64,000 bases of DNA from NCBI GenBank assembly GCA_010015805.1, contig ML978121.1, forward strand, positions 558,001 to 622,000, in the 5' to 3' direction. Numbering within the stretch: position 1 is the first letter of the stretch; each line of letters opens with the position of its first letter. The position numbers and the translations under genes were made by a program. This document shows, in pieces, positions 51,515-63,730 of the stretch. The stretch comes from Rhizodiscina lignyota. Lineage: Eukaryota. Below the pieces are notes generated by a model. That model had not been told where the DNA came from and did not search any database. It saw nothing but the letters and a program-made list of their open reading frames with translations.

Positions 51515-53317
51515 TCACATCTTCTCAAACATCTTGACACCAGTTGGCCCGCGTTCAGCATTCTCCCTCACCCTCGCAGCTATCACTGTGGCCTCATCAT
51601 CATCGCTCTCCATGCTCCTCAGCAAAGTGCTTGTTTCAGCCTCCGCTTCATGCATAACGTCAAAGCTCTCTTCACTGCTCGCGCTGGGCGGGACCTTCTC
51701 GTCCCCAGCTCCATCTGTTGCGCTGCCCCTGAACGCAGTTTTTAACTGCTGCTGTCCAAACCAGAGGAGGCCTCCATTTCTCTTATTATTACGCTTCGTA
51801 TCTACCTCCATCTCTTCCAATGGTAGTCTCTCTGCCTTTCCTCCTTCTTCCTTCAAAGCGGGAAGAACAGTGCGTCTCAGCCAATCACCAACGAATAACC
51901 CTTCCGGGTCAACGCTATCCCGCACTCGGCGCCAGCTCTCCAGGTTATCACCAAACATACCCTCAATCTGCTCGCGCGTTGTGAACGCAAAGTTCTTCGC
52001 CCAGTGCGGCTTCCCGCCCATATCCTGCATCAGCCATTCAAATGCTTCGTAGTAGCGCTTGTGGCACGGCGGATCTTGGAGATACGGTCTGTAGAGCGTA
52101 GCGTTAAGGTAGAGAGTCGGCTCAGTTGCGCAGGTATTGTCGAGGAAAGGACGCGGCTGCGATGCGTTGTACGTTGCTGGCCGTGATGTATCTGATATGC
52201 GAACCTCAATTGGGCAGTGGACCCATAGTCCTTTGCTGGAGAACGGAATGCGTGCTTTGCTTTCGTCACCGTTTATCCAAGCACCGAGGCGCTCAATTGC
52301 CTCCGGGCCTTTGGAGATTGGGAGAGCCCACTCATTGACAAACTGCGAATAAAGACAGTCCATGAGCAGACCGGTGCGCTGCTCCTCAACTCCCGAGTTG
52401 TACGAGCCGGTGCTGAAGCCGTACTGCATTCCGAAAACGAACCATTCCACTGTGGGGAGAATCCAGGGCACATAGTTTGACAGCCACAGCAGGTTGTGAT
52501 ACGTGTGAAAGCCAATGCTTCCACCATACCAGCTGGACTTGGGTGCCCGGATGGGATCGTCGGTCTTATCGGCGCGCCAGACGATTGCGCGCTTCATGTA
52601 TGGCATCCACCAGACGCGGGTAAATTCTGCTGACGTCCACAGCGTCGTAGACCAATTGTCCACTACATACGACAGCGGCTGGAGGGTCTGTATCCACTCA
52701 ATATTGCCCGCCGGAACCATTTCGAATTCGACTTCCACAATTATGCCCAATGCGCCGAGGGATACGAGAGCGGCGCGGAATAGGTCTGGGGATTGCGTTG
52801 CAGAGCATCGCACTGCTCGGCCATTGGCAAGAACGATACGGAGCGATCTTATCGCCTGCGAGAGGAGGCCATGGTACATCGAACTACCATGTGTGGCAGT
52901 TGCGACAGCCCCGACGATAGACTGTTCGTCTATGCTTCCAAGATTCGGTATCGTGAGGCCATGCTCCTTTGCGCGAGTGTTGATCGCGTGGAGACGAATG
53001 CCTCCCTCAACAGTCATAGTCTTATTGTTCGTGTCCACGTTCAGGATCTTGTTGAAATTGTCCAAATTGACAAGCCACGACGAGGTACAGGTAAGGTCGC
53101 TGGGCGAGTGGCCACAGCCGACGAGAACAAGGCGTCGCCGACATCTTCTGGCGAGCGTTACGACTTTCTGTATCTCTTCCAACGATTCTGGGCGAATGTA
53201 GAGCTCTGGATTCGACCAGTATGTCTTCGCCCACGTGTGGTGCTTGTATGCGCTTGTCGCTCGAAAGGGAACATGGGGCTCCAGCGTGGAGACCTCGGCT
53301 GGCAGATTTGAAGCCAT
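51515..53317 (-). CDS. ALO1: D-arabinono-1,4-lactone oxidase (FAD-linked), intronless
   Basis: HHTWAKTY, VGCGHSPSD covalent-FAD His, NLGSIDEQS, ATATHGSS, VHCPIEVR, LYLNATLYRPY, GGKPHWAK. Confidence 0.93.
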   Translation of the reverse strand: MASNLPAEVSTLEPHVPFRATSAYKHHTWAKTYWSNPELYIRPESLEEIQKVVTLARRCRRRLVLVGCGHSPSDLTCTSSWLVNLDNFNKILNVDTNNKTMTVEGGIRLHAINTRAKEHGLTIPNLGSIDEQSIVGAVATATHGSSMYHGLLSQAIRSLRIVLANGRAVRCSATQSPDLFRAALVSLGALGIIVEVEFEMVPAGNIEWIQTLQPLSYVVDNWSTTLWTSAEFTRVWWMPYMKRAIVWRADKTDDPIRAPKSSWYGGSIGFHTYHNLLWLSNYVPWILPTVEWFVFGMQYGFSTGSYNSGVEEQRTGLLMDCLYSQFVNEWALPISKGPEAIERLGAWINGDESKARIPFSSKGLWVHCPIEVRISDTSRPATYNASQPRPFLDNTCATEPTLYLNATLYRPYLQDPPCHKRYYEAFEWLMQDMGGKPHWAKNFAFTTREQIEGMFGDNLESWRRVRDSVDPEGLFVGDWLRRTVLPALKEEGGKAERLPLEEMEVDTKRNNKRNGGLLWFGQQQLKTAFRGSATDGAGDEKVPPSASSEESFDVMHEAEAETSTLLRSMESDDDEATVIAARVRENAERGPTGVKMFEKM

Positions 53318-54125
53318 GGTGGTGGAGTTCTCAGGGAACGCCAGGGTCGAAGATAGAGGTATGGGATCGTACCGAGAGGGCGGTCGCTTGGAGTAGGAAT
53401 GAAGACCGCATATCGAATAGAAGATTGACAGAACTACTGAAAAATCTAGATTCCTCGAGTCAATGGTGGTTGATTCGACAAAAGAGGTAAGCGGGCTGTT
53501 AAGGCGGCAATGCGCGCAGTACGCACGCAATCCATCGGCTAAGGTCCTGCGCTCCTTGCATTATCTCACCGGATCTGCCCGACTCAACAGTCTTTGCATC
53601 AGTCTTGAGGTCGACGTTAGCGAGATTCATGAAAGACATAGGCCGTGGAGATAGACAGATGGGTGTACCTATCATTATACTAAGCACGATGGTCTAGTCT
53701 CTAGTTCGTACGAGTTCGTACGTAATTGAAGAGGTCCGAACAACCACTGTCTCGCGCGAAATGAATCAGCGGCAAATTTTCGGTCACGCTCGGATTGAGT
53801 GACCATGTTCGGGGATACATATATATCAAACTCGGAGAATAGCTCTGGCCCGAAGAAATTCGATTCTTGTGGTGTATATATCAATAGTATATCTTGAGCC
53901 ATTATGTGGTCCGAAGACGACAGCAAACATCTTTCTAGAGAATACACTACAATAACTACCACCTCCTTCTCAGAAGTCAAGAAATCGAAGAAGCCTCAGA
54001 AAATGGCTGGCGAGCGAGCATATTGCGAATCCAGACGTACACTGCACTCAATTAAAGAATCTGTCAAATCCCAACTCCACAGCTGGAAGGTACTTCTCCC
54101 TGCAAAGGACCACCTGGCAGACGAC

Positions 54126-54203
54126 TACAACTTCACTTCCGGATCCAACAGAGGCTACGGATACAATTTCACCTCCGGATACAACAGAGGCTACGGATAC
54201 AAT
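54126..54203. repeat. 36-bp tandem repeat, about 2.2 copies
   Basis: tacaacttcacttccggatccaacagaggctacgga / tacaatttcacctccggatacaacagaggctacgga / tacaat. Confidence 0.92.
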
Positions 54204-54458
54204 CCAAACGCCACAGCTCAAGGGAGTACGGAATAGGAGTATATTAAGTGGACGGATATACAGGTACGAATCAGAGAAGGGAACGATGACTTTAGCCAGT
54301 ACTGACAGACAGCACAGAAGCGTCCATGTTTTTTTAAATTTACCCACGGCATTGGATACAGCAGAGCGAGGCGGTAAATGAGAGCAACGGCCAACGCCTG
54401 TCACAAATACCATGTACGAATAGATCACCACACTCCACTTCCGATGTACAGTCAGAAA

Positions 54459-56134
54459 TCAAGAAGACTTCTCTCTTGTCACCGACGATAGTCTCCGAAG
54501 CAATTGATTTTTATCAATCTGATTTTCCACGTCTTCTGGCATCAGGTGCTGCATGTGTCGAAGCTTGCGTCTTGAAAAGACAACCCAGGCAACGAGGACT
54601 ATTAGTGTCAGCGCGCCTGTAACCAACCAGTAGATCCAGATCAGGGGTGAAACTGGATGATCGGGATCATCTATCGGAAAGTCGAAAAATGCCGAACTGA
54701 AGAATGTCTGCGAAACTTGATGAGCGGGCGTAATAAGGTGGGACGGATCAACTCACAGCCACGAAAGTTCCAGGGAGAAAGAAGAGGGTGACGGCAGCGA
54801 TGATTCGCATGTCGGTGCTGTCGCGTCGAGTTAAAACTGCGATTTCTTTGGCATCTTTTGCAATCTTCCTCATCGCAGCACTGTCCTTCAGCCCTGCTTC
54901 TGCATCTTTTTGGCCTATTAGACTATACACCTAATTATTGCCTTAGTGACAGCCAACTGATACCGTCAATGCGCGGCTTACTGTTTGCACCTGAGCTTGA
55001 GTGCGCTGTTCTAGCAATCGTCTGGTTGACTGTGCTCCTGCTATCAACCCTTTGAGATACGTGATTCGTTGGGCTAATGGTCCTGGTAATGCTTGGCCAT
55101 ACGAAGTTCGTTGGAGCTTCTCCGCGACCTGCTCCACAAGGTTCAACGACCGCAAACCTACGTCAAACGTAAGGTCACAAAAGGCAAAAGTCCCCGCGAC
55201 GCCAGTCAGCTTCTGAGTAAGGAGGTCGAAGTCTAGATTCGCCCTGTCTCTCAAACGGATTTCACGCGGTGGATTACGGCGCAGATTGTTCGAGAACCCA
55301 TGCCGCATGCCCGTTTCGTACTCGATCTCGGCTAGACCCTGGGCTCGGCGCTCAAGCAAGATTGCAAAATGATGAATCTTTAACTCAATGAGAATAAGGG
55401 GAACAAGCATTGGATGGGCGGCAAGTTCAAGGGACCTCCTAAGACAGTCTTTCAACTTTTCAACCTCAGGCTTCTCCAATCCATGAACGACGGCACATGT
55501 GACCCCAGAGGATATATCGAAGGCCACAGCGACACAATAATTGTAATCCCGCGATCGGCCACCACGTAAAAGTACGCCTATAGTCGTTAGTGTGAGCATT
55601 GAGAGCGCAGAGACACTTCTTACCTTCAATAGATGCACCCGTCTCATCGCACTTTTTTGAAAAGGTTGTTGCTATGGCCATTGTGCTGAGCAGCATTCTC
55701 AAAAATTCTGTTGGGAGATGCCAAAACCGCATCATATCCTGGAAAGACCTTCGAGATATGGGCAATGGCAATACCTCAGCATCGTTATGGTGTTGCTCAG
55801 GACTACAAATGCTAAAGGCTACGTTAGCTTGCAGTCAAATCAGGCAATGAGCAGTCTTTATACGTACAGCAGCCTCAGAATGGATTTTCTTTCTGTCGTG
55901 CCATTGAGTCCAGTTGCTGGATCTTCCAACCATGGCGGAATGTGCTCATCCTCGATACCTGATTCTTCCAGTTGCCAACCATCCTATCAGTGAGTTGTCA
56001 GCTATGGCATGATACCGCAAACACCTTAGTTCCGCATATACCTGGGTTTCGAAGATCTCTACTATCGAATTGCCCGTTCGCGGCCTAAATCGAGTCCCAT
56101 CTGATAGCAGGCGCTGGTGATAGTCATCATACAT
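54459..56134 (-). CDS. Fungal membrane protein with CorA-like C-terminal two-helix region, about 6 exons
   Basis: HPMLVPLILIE, long helical region, then RRDSTDMRIIAAVTLFFLPGTFVA-TFFSSAFFDF..IWIYWLVTGALTLIV; five canonical introns restore the frame. Confidence 0.8.
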
Positions 56135-56600
56135 TGTGGAAGATACGAAACGAGCAAACTCGAACACAAATGACTGAAGAAAATGCAACAGGAAGAGAAA
56201 GGCTCCATCTGCAATGAGTCCAGAGCTTGGGATCTTGTGCGGATCCAAGCAAGCCCTCGCAGGATTCCATTCAGCTTTGCACAGCCTTGTACGCGGGTGC
56301 GGCCTCAACGGAGGGACACCGCCATCGTATTTGCCTAGGTATAGAACATAGATACATAGGGAGAGACCCTATTACAGTTCCTAGAGCATAAATGAACCAT
56401 ATACGCGGTATTGCGTTCGCAATGAAAGGAAATGAGACGATGAAAGCTTGATTTCCCAAACATCAAATATCTAACACGTGATTACGTGACGGGCTAGTCT
56501 CAGTATGGTATTAGCGTGTCTCGAAACGCGTCCTTCTCTGAGCGCACCCACCTACCTACAAATCGCCCAGCAGCGATTTCCTCACCTCTTCCACGGAAAG

Positions 56601-57349
56601 ATGTCTCCTGCTACAACAGCTTCAGGTGCCGCGGCGAAGCGGAAACCTCCACCATTCAAGCCTCCGCGTCCTCGCAAACCATCGAACGACGGTTCGGTGA
56701 ACAAGTCAACGACAAAACGTAGTACGAACTCTTCAGCCAAGATCAGCAAACCTCCAGCTGGCAAAGGTGCTCGAAAGTCTACAGATAAACCGGCAGCTTC
56801 GAAGAAGAAAGTGGAGGCAATCCAGCGTCGCTCACGAGAGATATTGTCCGACGATGAGGACGAGGATGAGGACGAGGATGAGGAGGAAGACGATGACGAT
56901 GATTCTGGTAGTGACAATCACAGTGAGGATGGGTCCGTTGAGGAAGTTGAGTCCGATGGAAGTCCCATAGCTGCAAGGAATCCCGCGCCATCGAAAGCAG
57001 CGGCATCGAAATCCAACGAGTCGGACCTAGACACGAACAAGCCTCCTCCTATACCACAGAAGCTCCTCACGAGGCTACTGTACGAGTCATTCGAGGATAA
57101 GGGTATGAAGATTGGAAAAGAGGCTATGAATGTCGTCGACAAATACATAGAGACATTCATGAGGGAGGCGATAGCGAGAGCAACGTATGAACGAGAAGAG
57201 GCCGACAAAGCAGCTGGTGGAGCGGGAGACGGCTTTTTGCAGGTATTGGTCTCCCAGTCCAAGTGTAGATGTCACCGCTAACAGAGTTGGTGCTTCATTA
57301 GGTCGAAGATTTGGAAAAGCTTGCTCCGCAGCTTCTACTGGACTTCTAA
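56601..57349 (+). CDS. MHF2: CENP-X/MHF2 histone-fold protein; exons 56601-57242, 57302-57349
   Basis: IPQKLLTRLL..F..KIGKEA..KYIETFMREAIARA..GFLQ-VEDLEKLAPQLLLDF*. Confidence 0.9.
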
Positions 57350-58391
57350 GTCCTGTTGGGCATCGATTCACCAAAGATTGGTATTTGTGATCGATCATAA
57401 CTATGGGCACCTGAGCTCTGTCCGCGCATGGACAAGAACCTTTTACTTTGTCTCGTGACGGATTCAGGACAGCATTCATCGAGAGAGATAAAGCATATGC
57501 TAGTATATCATTATTGGCTCTCATTTCCAATGAGCACGTACGGCTTCGAGTCGCGATCAATTAGCTGCGAGGATGATTAATGTCTGTCTAAGCCGAATGA
57601 AGACAAACGTTTCGGCTGAATGTGATGGACTCCTGAGATGGGAGCTAGGGACAAAACATAGCCGGTAATGGCAATTCGCCCTCCGGCAAAACAAATACAA
57701 AAATTCAATGTTCTAATTGAAGGCGCCAAAATTCCGGAGAATTGTTTCGACAACCTGTAGATTGTAGGGGCTTGGCCCTTGCGTGGTTGGTGGTGCGTGA
57801 GAGGGATCTCAAACGCGGAGGTTCGCTTTCCGACACACCTCAAACTCCAGCCGCCTGGACGTCCTCCTTTGCGCCACTTCGAGCCCAGAACTCACTGAAG
57901 ATTCGCGCTGAATTCAACAGCTATTGTATACCAAGAAATGCGCTCTTTGGCTCTTTGCCGAATTTACAAAGATACAGAGATAGCGCGCTCTTTTCAAATG
58001 GTGCGAGGCCGTTAGCCATACTCAAGATAGCTTCGGAAATGGCTGAAGCGAAACGTTTCTTGCCCTGTTGCAAAATATTTCAATCGTCGGGCCATTGAAC
58101 TTCCAGCTACTCGAAACACGGAGAGTCCAGAGTCCTGAGAAACCTCCAGCGGTTGCAGTCTCAGGACGATGGCTGATTTAATGCCACTCTCATAACCAAG
58201 CGCTCTCCCATCCGTCTTCCGTGTGCTTTGGTTCTTGTTTCCGAGTATACTGCTGTTCTTTCACCTTTTCCTTCCTCTTCTTCCTCATCTTGCTCTTTCT
58301 GTCTTTCCTTCACTACACAGCGCAAGACGCATCTTTCTGTTCGACATAGAATTCTAATACCTGCTCTTTGAAAGAGTTACCTTCGTTCACG

Positions 58392-59245
58392 ATGCATTTC
58401 GCAAAGATCCTATCGACTTCGATAATATTGGCAGGCAGCGCCTATGCCCAATCCTCTTCGTCTTCGTCTTCGTCTTCGTCTTCCGGCTCCTCTTCCTCGG
58501 CCACAGCATCTAGCACTTCATCAGCGGCCAGTGGGATGACCACAGTACATGTCGTTCAGGTCAGCGACTCGTCAGGTGCACTCACATTCTCCCCGAACAG
58601 CCTCACAGCAGGGGTGGGAGACATGATCCAGTACCAGTTTTATAAGGGAGTAAGTGACCAAGCCTGAATAACTCCTACTTGCTGTCAAAATACTGACTTT
58701 CGTACTACCAGAATCACTCCGTTGTGATGGCGAGCTTCGATCAACCATGCGTACCGATCCAAGAGAGCGACCCCTCGAACGCTGCAAATGCCTTCTTCTC
58801 TGGCTTTATGCCCGTCGAAAACACATCAGACTTCGGCAGACTCACGTACACCATCATGGTCAAGGACACCAACCCAATGTGGTATTACTGCGCTCAAGGG
58901 AAGCATTGCGAGGGCGGCATGGTCGGCGTTATCAACCCGTGAGTTTTCGTAGAGAGGGCAACTCGGCTATATCGTGGCTAACAATGAAGCAGGCCCTCGA
59001 ACAGCCAACAGACCATCAAAACATTCGCTGCGGCCGCTCAGAAAGCAGCCAACAACGTCGCACCAGGTGGCAGCGCAACGGGAGGCACGGCATCCACTTC
59101 TGGCTCCCCAAGCGCTACAGGTTCCGGAGCTGCAGCGGCGGCTTCAACATCCGGAAGTGCCGCATCCGCAAATCTCATCGATGCTACGAAGCAAAGCTTC
59201 ATGGGCATGGCTTTTGCTGGTGTTGCAGCATTCTTGTTGCTCTGA
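58392..59245 (+). CDS. Secreted, probably GPI-anchored Ser-rich cupredoxin; exons 58392-58649, 58712-58938, 58993-59245
   Basis: Signal peptide, poly-Ser, LTFSPNSL, NHSV, WYYCAQGKHCEGGMVGVINP (His/Cys/His/Met copper ligands), hydrophobic C-terminus. Confidence 0.88.
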
Positions 59246-59534
59246 GTGCCTTGATCGATCGTTTTCATGTGGTGGACGAAGACGGAAATGGGAGTGTAAT
59301 CTACTTTGTGCATATGTTTGGGCGCCAGCATTTATGATGTGTCGGCCTAATTGATACCTCTGTCAGGCGTGTTACAAGGAGCGAGAAAGACCGAACTCGA
59401 GAAACACATTTTTCTTCTACACCGGTCTTGTCAGTCTAGAGTCTAGTGAATTTCATAGCGCCTTCCAATGCCTGATATCTCTTACGCCGCCGCCAATGCA
59501 AAGTATGAAAAAGTCTCACGAAATGAAATATAGC

Positions 59535-61603
59535 TCAGCCCTGTTTCTCAATGTCCTTATCAAATACACCGGATTCAACAGCCTTCTCTTGCGCTCCTCT
59601 AGCAGCGACTTCCCTAGCCTTCCTTATTTCAGCCTTCTCCCTCTCCCTCTCTTCTTGTCTCTGCCTTTCCTCCTTCATCTTTGCTAAATGCTGACAGAAC
59701 TTGCTGTTTGCGCGAATACGATCGCCCCAGATAATGAACGCGAAGGGTATAAAGCACATGCCGATACTCAGAAACCCCAGCAAACTGCTTCCCCAAGCAA
59801 TACCAAGCGTATCATACATCGGTTTCGCCGCAAACGGTAGCACCGCGCCAAACAGACTTCTACTCATACTCGTCGCCGCCATGGCGCTGGCGGCGAAGAT
59901 CTCATATGCGTCGACGAGATAGTTAAGCAGGGCCATGAAGATGAGTAAATAGCCCAAACCGAACGACAGGCCCGAGAGCACCGGGACGATCCAGTGTACA
60001 GATGATTTGGCGGACCACCCAATCCAGAAGCAAGATAACACAATAAACGGCCCACCGGCGCAAGCAAGAGGTAGACGACGGAACTCTTCGCTGCGAGACC
60101 ATGGCGCATCGCGAGCACGGGCGTTGGCGAGAATTTTGTCGTAGAGGAGATAGGACAATCCGGAACCCATGGCACCTACACCAACTGTGATCGAGTCAGA
60201 ATCGAGAGTTTGGAGGCGAGGATTTAATACTCACTTGCAAGGAATGCAAGGCCTTGCTCGCCGATTGTCCAGCCGTATACGCCTAAGCTTGTCAGTAACG
60301 TTCTCGCCCACCAGAAGTCATGTCTCTTACCGCCGAAGATGATAGGGAAGACCTGGAGGTAGATGTAGAATATGGCGTAAACCAGGGACACATAAACGCA
60401 AGTAAAGCCCACAAGCGCTGCAATATAATTAGCGTTTTTGGTTCTTTGGTATAGTCATGTAAGTCCTTACCTTCAAATAGAATCATTCGAAGCGGCCTCG
60501 TGAGTACCACCATGATGATATGTCGGAGGTCACGAGGCTCTAATTCGACAGGAGCAACAATGTTCATGTTTCCGGTCTCCTTTCGCATCTTCTCGGCCCT
60601 CTTTTTGAGCAGCACTGGTCCATATGTCTCTTTAGCGAGAGACAACATGATCCAACCCGGCGCAGTCAGAATGAGGCCGGCCCAAAACGACCACCTCCAT
60701 GACGTCGGCGTCACATAGCCCGATATAACCGGGCCCGCACAAGGACCAAAGGTAGTCGTGGCCATGAAGAGGGCCATGGCCCGTCCACGTGACAGAGGAG
60801 ACCCGAATACGTCGGCACAGATCCTACTCTCCAGTTAGATCGAACTTGTACTGGGGGGAATAATGGCATACCCTCCAACAACAGCGATCGGGCATGATGC
60901 GCCAATGCCAGCGAGCAACCTAAAGACAATGAACGACGCAAAGTTTGGAGCTAGTGCACAGCCAAGACAGAACGCGGTGTAGATAAGGAATGCCGCTGCC
61001 ATGACCCGATTGCGGCCGTAGTGTTCGCTCAGAGGACCAAATAAAGTCGGGCCAACAGTGTATCCCACGAGGTAGATTGATGTTGGCAGAACAAGCTGTG
61101 CCTGGTTTGTGACACCCCATTCTTTCGTTATTGATGCTGAGATACCGGCGGCGAGCGAAGACCCAATCGTGCTGTTCATGACGGTGGAGACGGCCGTTAA
61201 GAGAGCAAATACCTTTTTCCCCTAATTCTGCCTGTCAGTCCTCTGTTTCCTGGATCTACTATTGGAGAGGGACGCACGGTGGACCAGTTGTATGGATTCT
61301 CAGGATCGCCGGGCGGGAAGAAAACGATGGTTCGCGTCATGGAGATGTTGCGGTCGAGGGGGGTGAAGTTTTGGGAATTGCGTGTCGGTACATGTTCGAG
61401 CGAGTGTTCGATAGGAAGTTCGTTGGGTGAGAGGCCAGCTGCATCTTCATGTTCTTCTTCTACGGCTGCGTGAGCGAGAGCGTCCGATGAATCACTGCTT
61501 CAAACGCACCTGGGGGTGAAAGATATTGGATTCCAGACTTGGTGCTGTCTGCAGCACTCGATGAGCTCGATTGCCATCCTGGTGTCTCTGCTTCTTCCTT
61601 CAT
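59535..61603 (-). CDS. MFS DHA1-family drug:H+ antiporter, multi-exon
   Basis: DPENPYNWS, GPLSEHYGR, FRLLAG, GPVISG, WRWSFW, ETYGPVLLKKRA, EEFRRLP, YLVDAYEIFAASAMAA. Confidence 0.92.
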
Positions 61604-62185
61604 GGTCACTCGTAGCAAGAAGGGAGAAAGGAAATTGGGCGTGAGAAAGGGAAAGAGAGTGTGACGATTGCAACGAAAGGAGATCGAGACAGAAATGAGA
61701 TCGAGCACTTCACGATCACGACACCAGACGCCATTGCGGTCAACGGCCCCGCGCCTGCCACTATCTTACCGCTCATTGGCACGGCCCCACCAACATTGGG
61801 CTTCTTTCTGAAAATTCGGCGAAGGTTTTGCAGCTGTTTTTGCGCTGCAGTGGACGGGTTCGGTTATGACGGAACACTCCCGAGCTTCTTCTCCAGAACG
61901 CCACAGCCGTCCGTATGGGGTAAAGTGTGCATCGCATGGGGAACGTCGGCACCGATGAACACTTGCCCGGAACTGTCTTTTTCCGAGAATTACGGGAAAT
62001 GAAGATAATACAAAGGCGAAACTAGCCTGGAATGTGAAATCGGCACAAATACAAAGTTCCGTGACATCGGAAGGGGAGTTGGCTGGAATAGCGTGAAGGC
62101 CATCAGCCAGAGTTGGATAGCATCGATTTGACTCTATTTCTCAAACTCTTGCGCGAACTTGAAGGGTATCGAAAAGAAAATCCCG

Positions 62186-62785
62186 CTATGTTTCAAGGTT
62201 GATAGAACGCCCGAACCGTGCATAGAGAGCGACCTTGAGATCTTGCATCTCGTCGCGGACGCTGCTTAGCTTGTCCTCGAGTGCCGTGACATCCTTATCG
62301 ATCTTGTCGGACGAGTGAGAGAGCAGTTCTTGGACTTCGGGTAGCGGCAAGGCGACAAATGAGTCCCCGATCCTGTATCTACATATTCGAGGCGGCTGGT
62401 TATTGGGGGCGCTTTTGACAGTTGTAATGTGCAGATACGAGTACTCACTGGACTTTGGTATCCTCGTCGGCATCGAGCTCAAGCTCTTCGATGTCATTTG
62501 ACACTTCTTGGAGGTCCTCCTTGTCCTTCTGCGTGTTATGCGTGAGACATGCGGTGTAATGAGGTCGGTGGACTTGCCACGTACTTGTTTCGTCTTCAGC
62601 TCATCCTCCAGTGTCTGCTCACGCTGATGCAATCTACTGAATTTGTTGATCTTGTCTTGATCCTCGCGCCTGACCTCGATGTCTTCTCCGCCTGTAGAGG
62701 CTTCGTCTTCCTTCGTAAGCTACGTGGATTAGTCGTATGCACACACGTGAGGATTTTGACTTCGGCCTACCATCCGCCTCTGCAT
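62186..62785 (-). CDS. GIM3: Prefoldin subunit 4, four exons
   Basis: MQRRM-LTKEDE..IEVRREDQDKINKFSRLHQR, YRIGDSF, LKVALYARFGRSINLET. Confidence 0.93.
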
Positions 62786-63088
62786 ATTGACTGCCTTTTT
62801 CAATGGCCAGCCTAACGAGTGAAACCTTGTTTGCCGTATGCGTATATCACTTATCGAACTGATCAGCGGTAATGAAGTGTTGCATGTACTGGAATACGTG
62901 TGGTGGATTGGGGGAGCCTTGGAAGCTGGAGGAGGGAAATTTTTAAATGGATGCTGTCACACGAAATTACAAAGCGGAAATCACAACACCATCAATCAAA
63001 TGCATCATGTATTTAATTATACCTCTAATGCTTAGTTGTTCCTCGAGGAAGTAGAAAGAAACAAAAAAAGCCGGCGCAGCCATTTCAT

Positions 63089-63730
63089 GATCGAATGAGT
63101 GTAGCACGGCCGAGTTTTGCTCTTCTGCATATGCGAGAGCATCTATGACAGTTTAGTATACTATATGTCAACCGGAGACCTGCTAGCTTGCACGGTCTTA
63201 AGGAGTCTAAGTTATCTTCGTAGAAGATATAGAAAAAGTAAACTTTGATAAGGGATCTAAGGGCTATAGCACGATCGAGTTGTGCTCTTCTGCATATACG
63301 AGAGCATCTATGACCGTTTAGTATACTATATATCAACCGGAGACCTGCTAGCTTGCACGGTTTCGAGGAGTCTAAGTCATCTTCGTAGAAGATAGAAAAA
63401 AAGTAAACTTTTGATGATAGATCTAAAAGCTATAGTACGATCGAGTTGTGCTCTTCTACATATGCGAGAGCATCTGTAACAGTTTAGTATACTATATATC
63501 AGCCGGAGAATTACTAGCTTATACGGTCTCGAGGAGTTTGAGTTATCTTCGTAGAAGATATAGAAACAGTAAACTTTGATAAAAGATCTAAAGGCTACAG
63601 CACGATCGAGTTGTGTTGTTCTACACTTCCGAGAGCATCTACAAAGATCTTGTATACTATACTTTAGCCGTAGTATTACCGGCTTGCACCGCTTCAAAGA
63701 GCTTAACTCATATTCGTAGAAGAGATAGAA
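63089..63730. repeat. Tandem array of four 165-166 bp units with RIP-type divergence
   Basis: Units begin GATC at 63089, 63254, 63420, 63585; shared cores cgagtt.tgctcttct, gagagcatct, gtatactata, ttcgtagaaga; unit 4 is the most diverged. Confidence 0.95.

Noticed and set aside
53318..53530. 71-codon in-frame extension of ALO1
   Set aside because: No ATG; the family-like sequence begins at the ATG at 53317
53675..53902. 75-aa minus-strand ORF MAQDILLIYTPQ...
   Set aside because: Short, with no recognisable homology; cannot be supported from sequence alone
63089..63730. CRISPR-like interpretation of the array
   Set aside because: Whole units are homologous with no unique spacers; eukaryotic context; no cas genes
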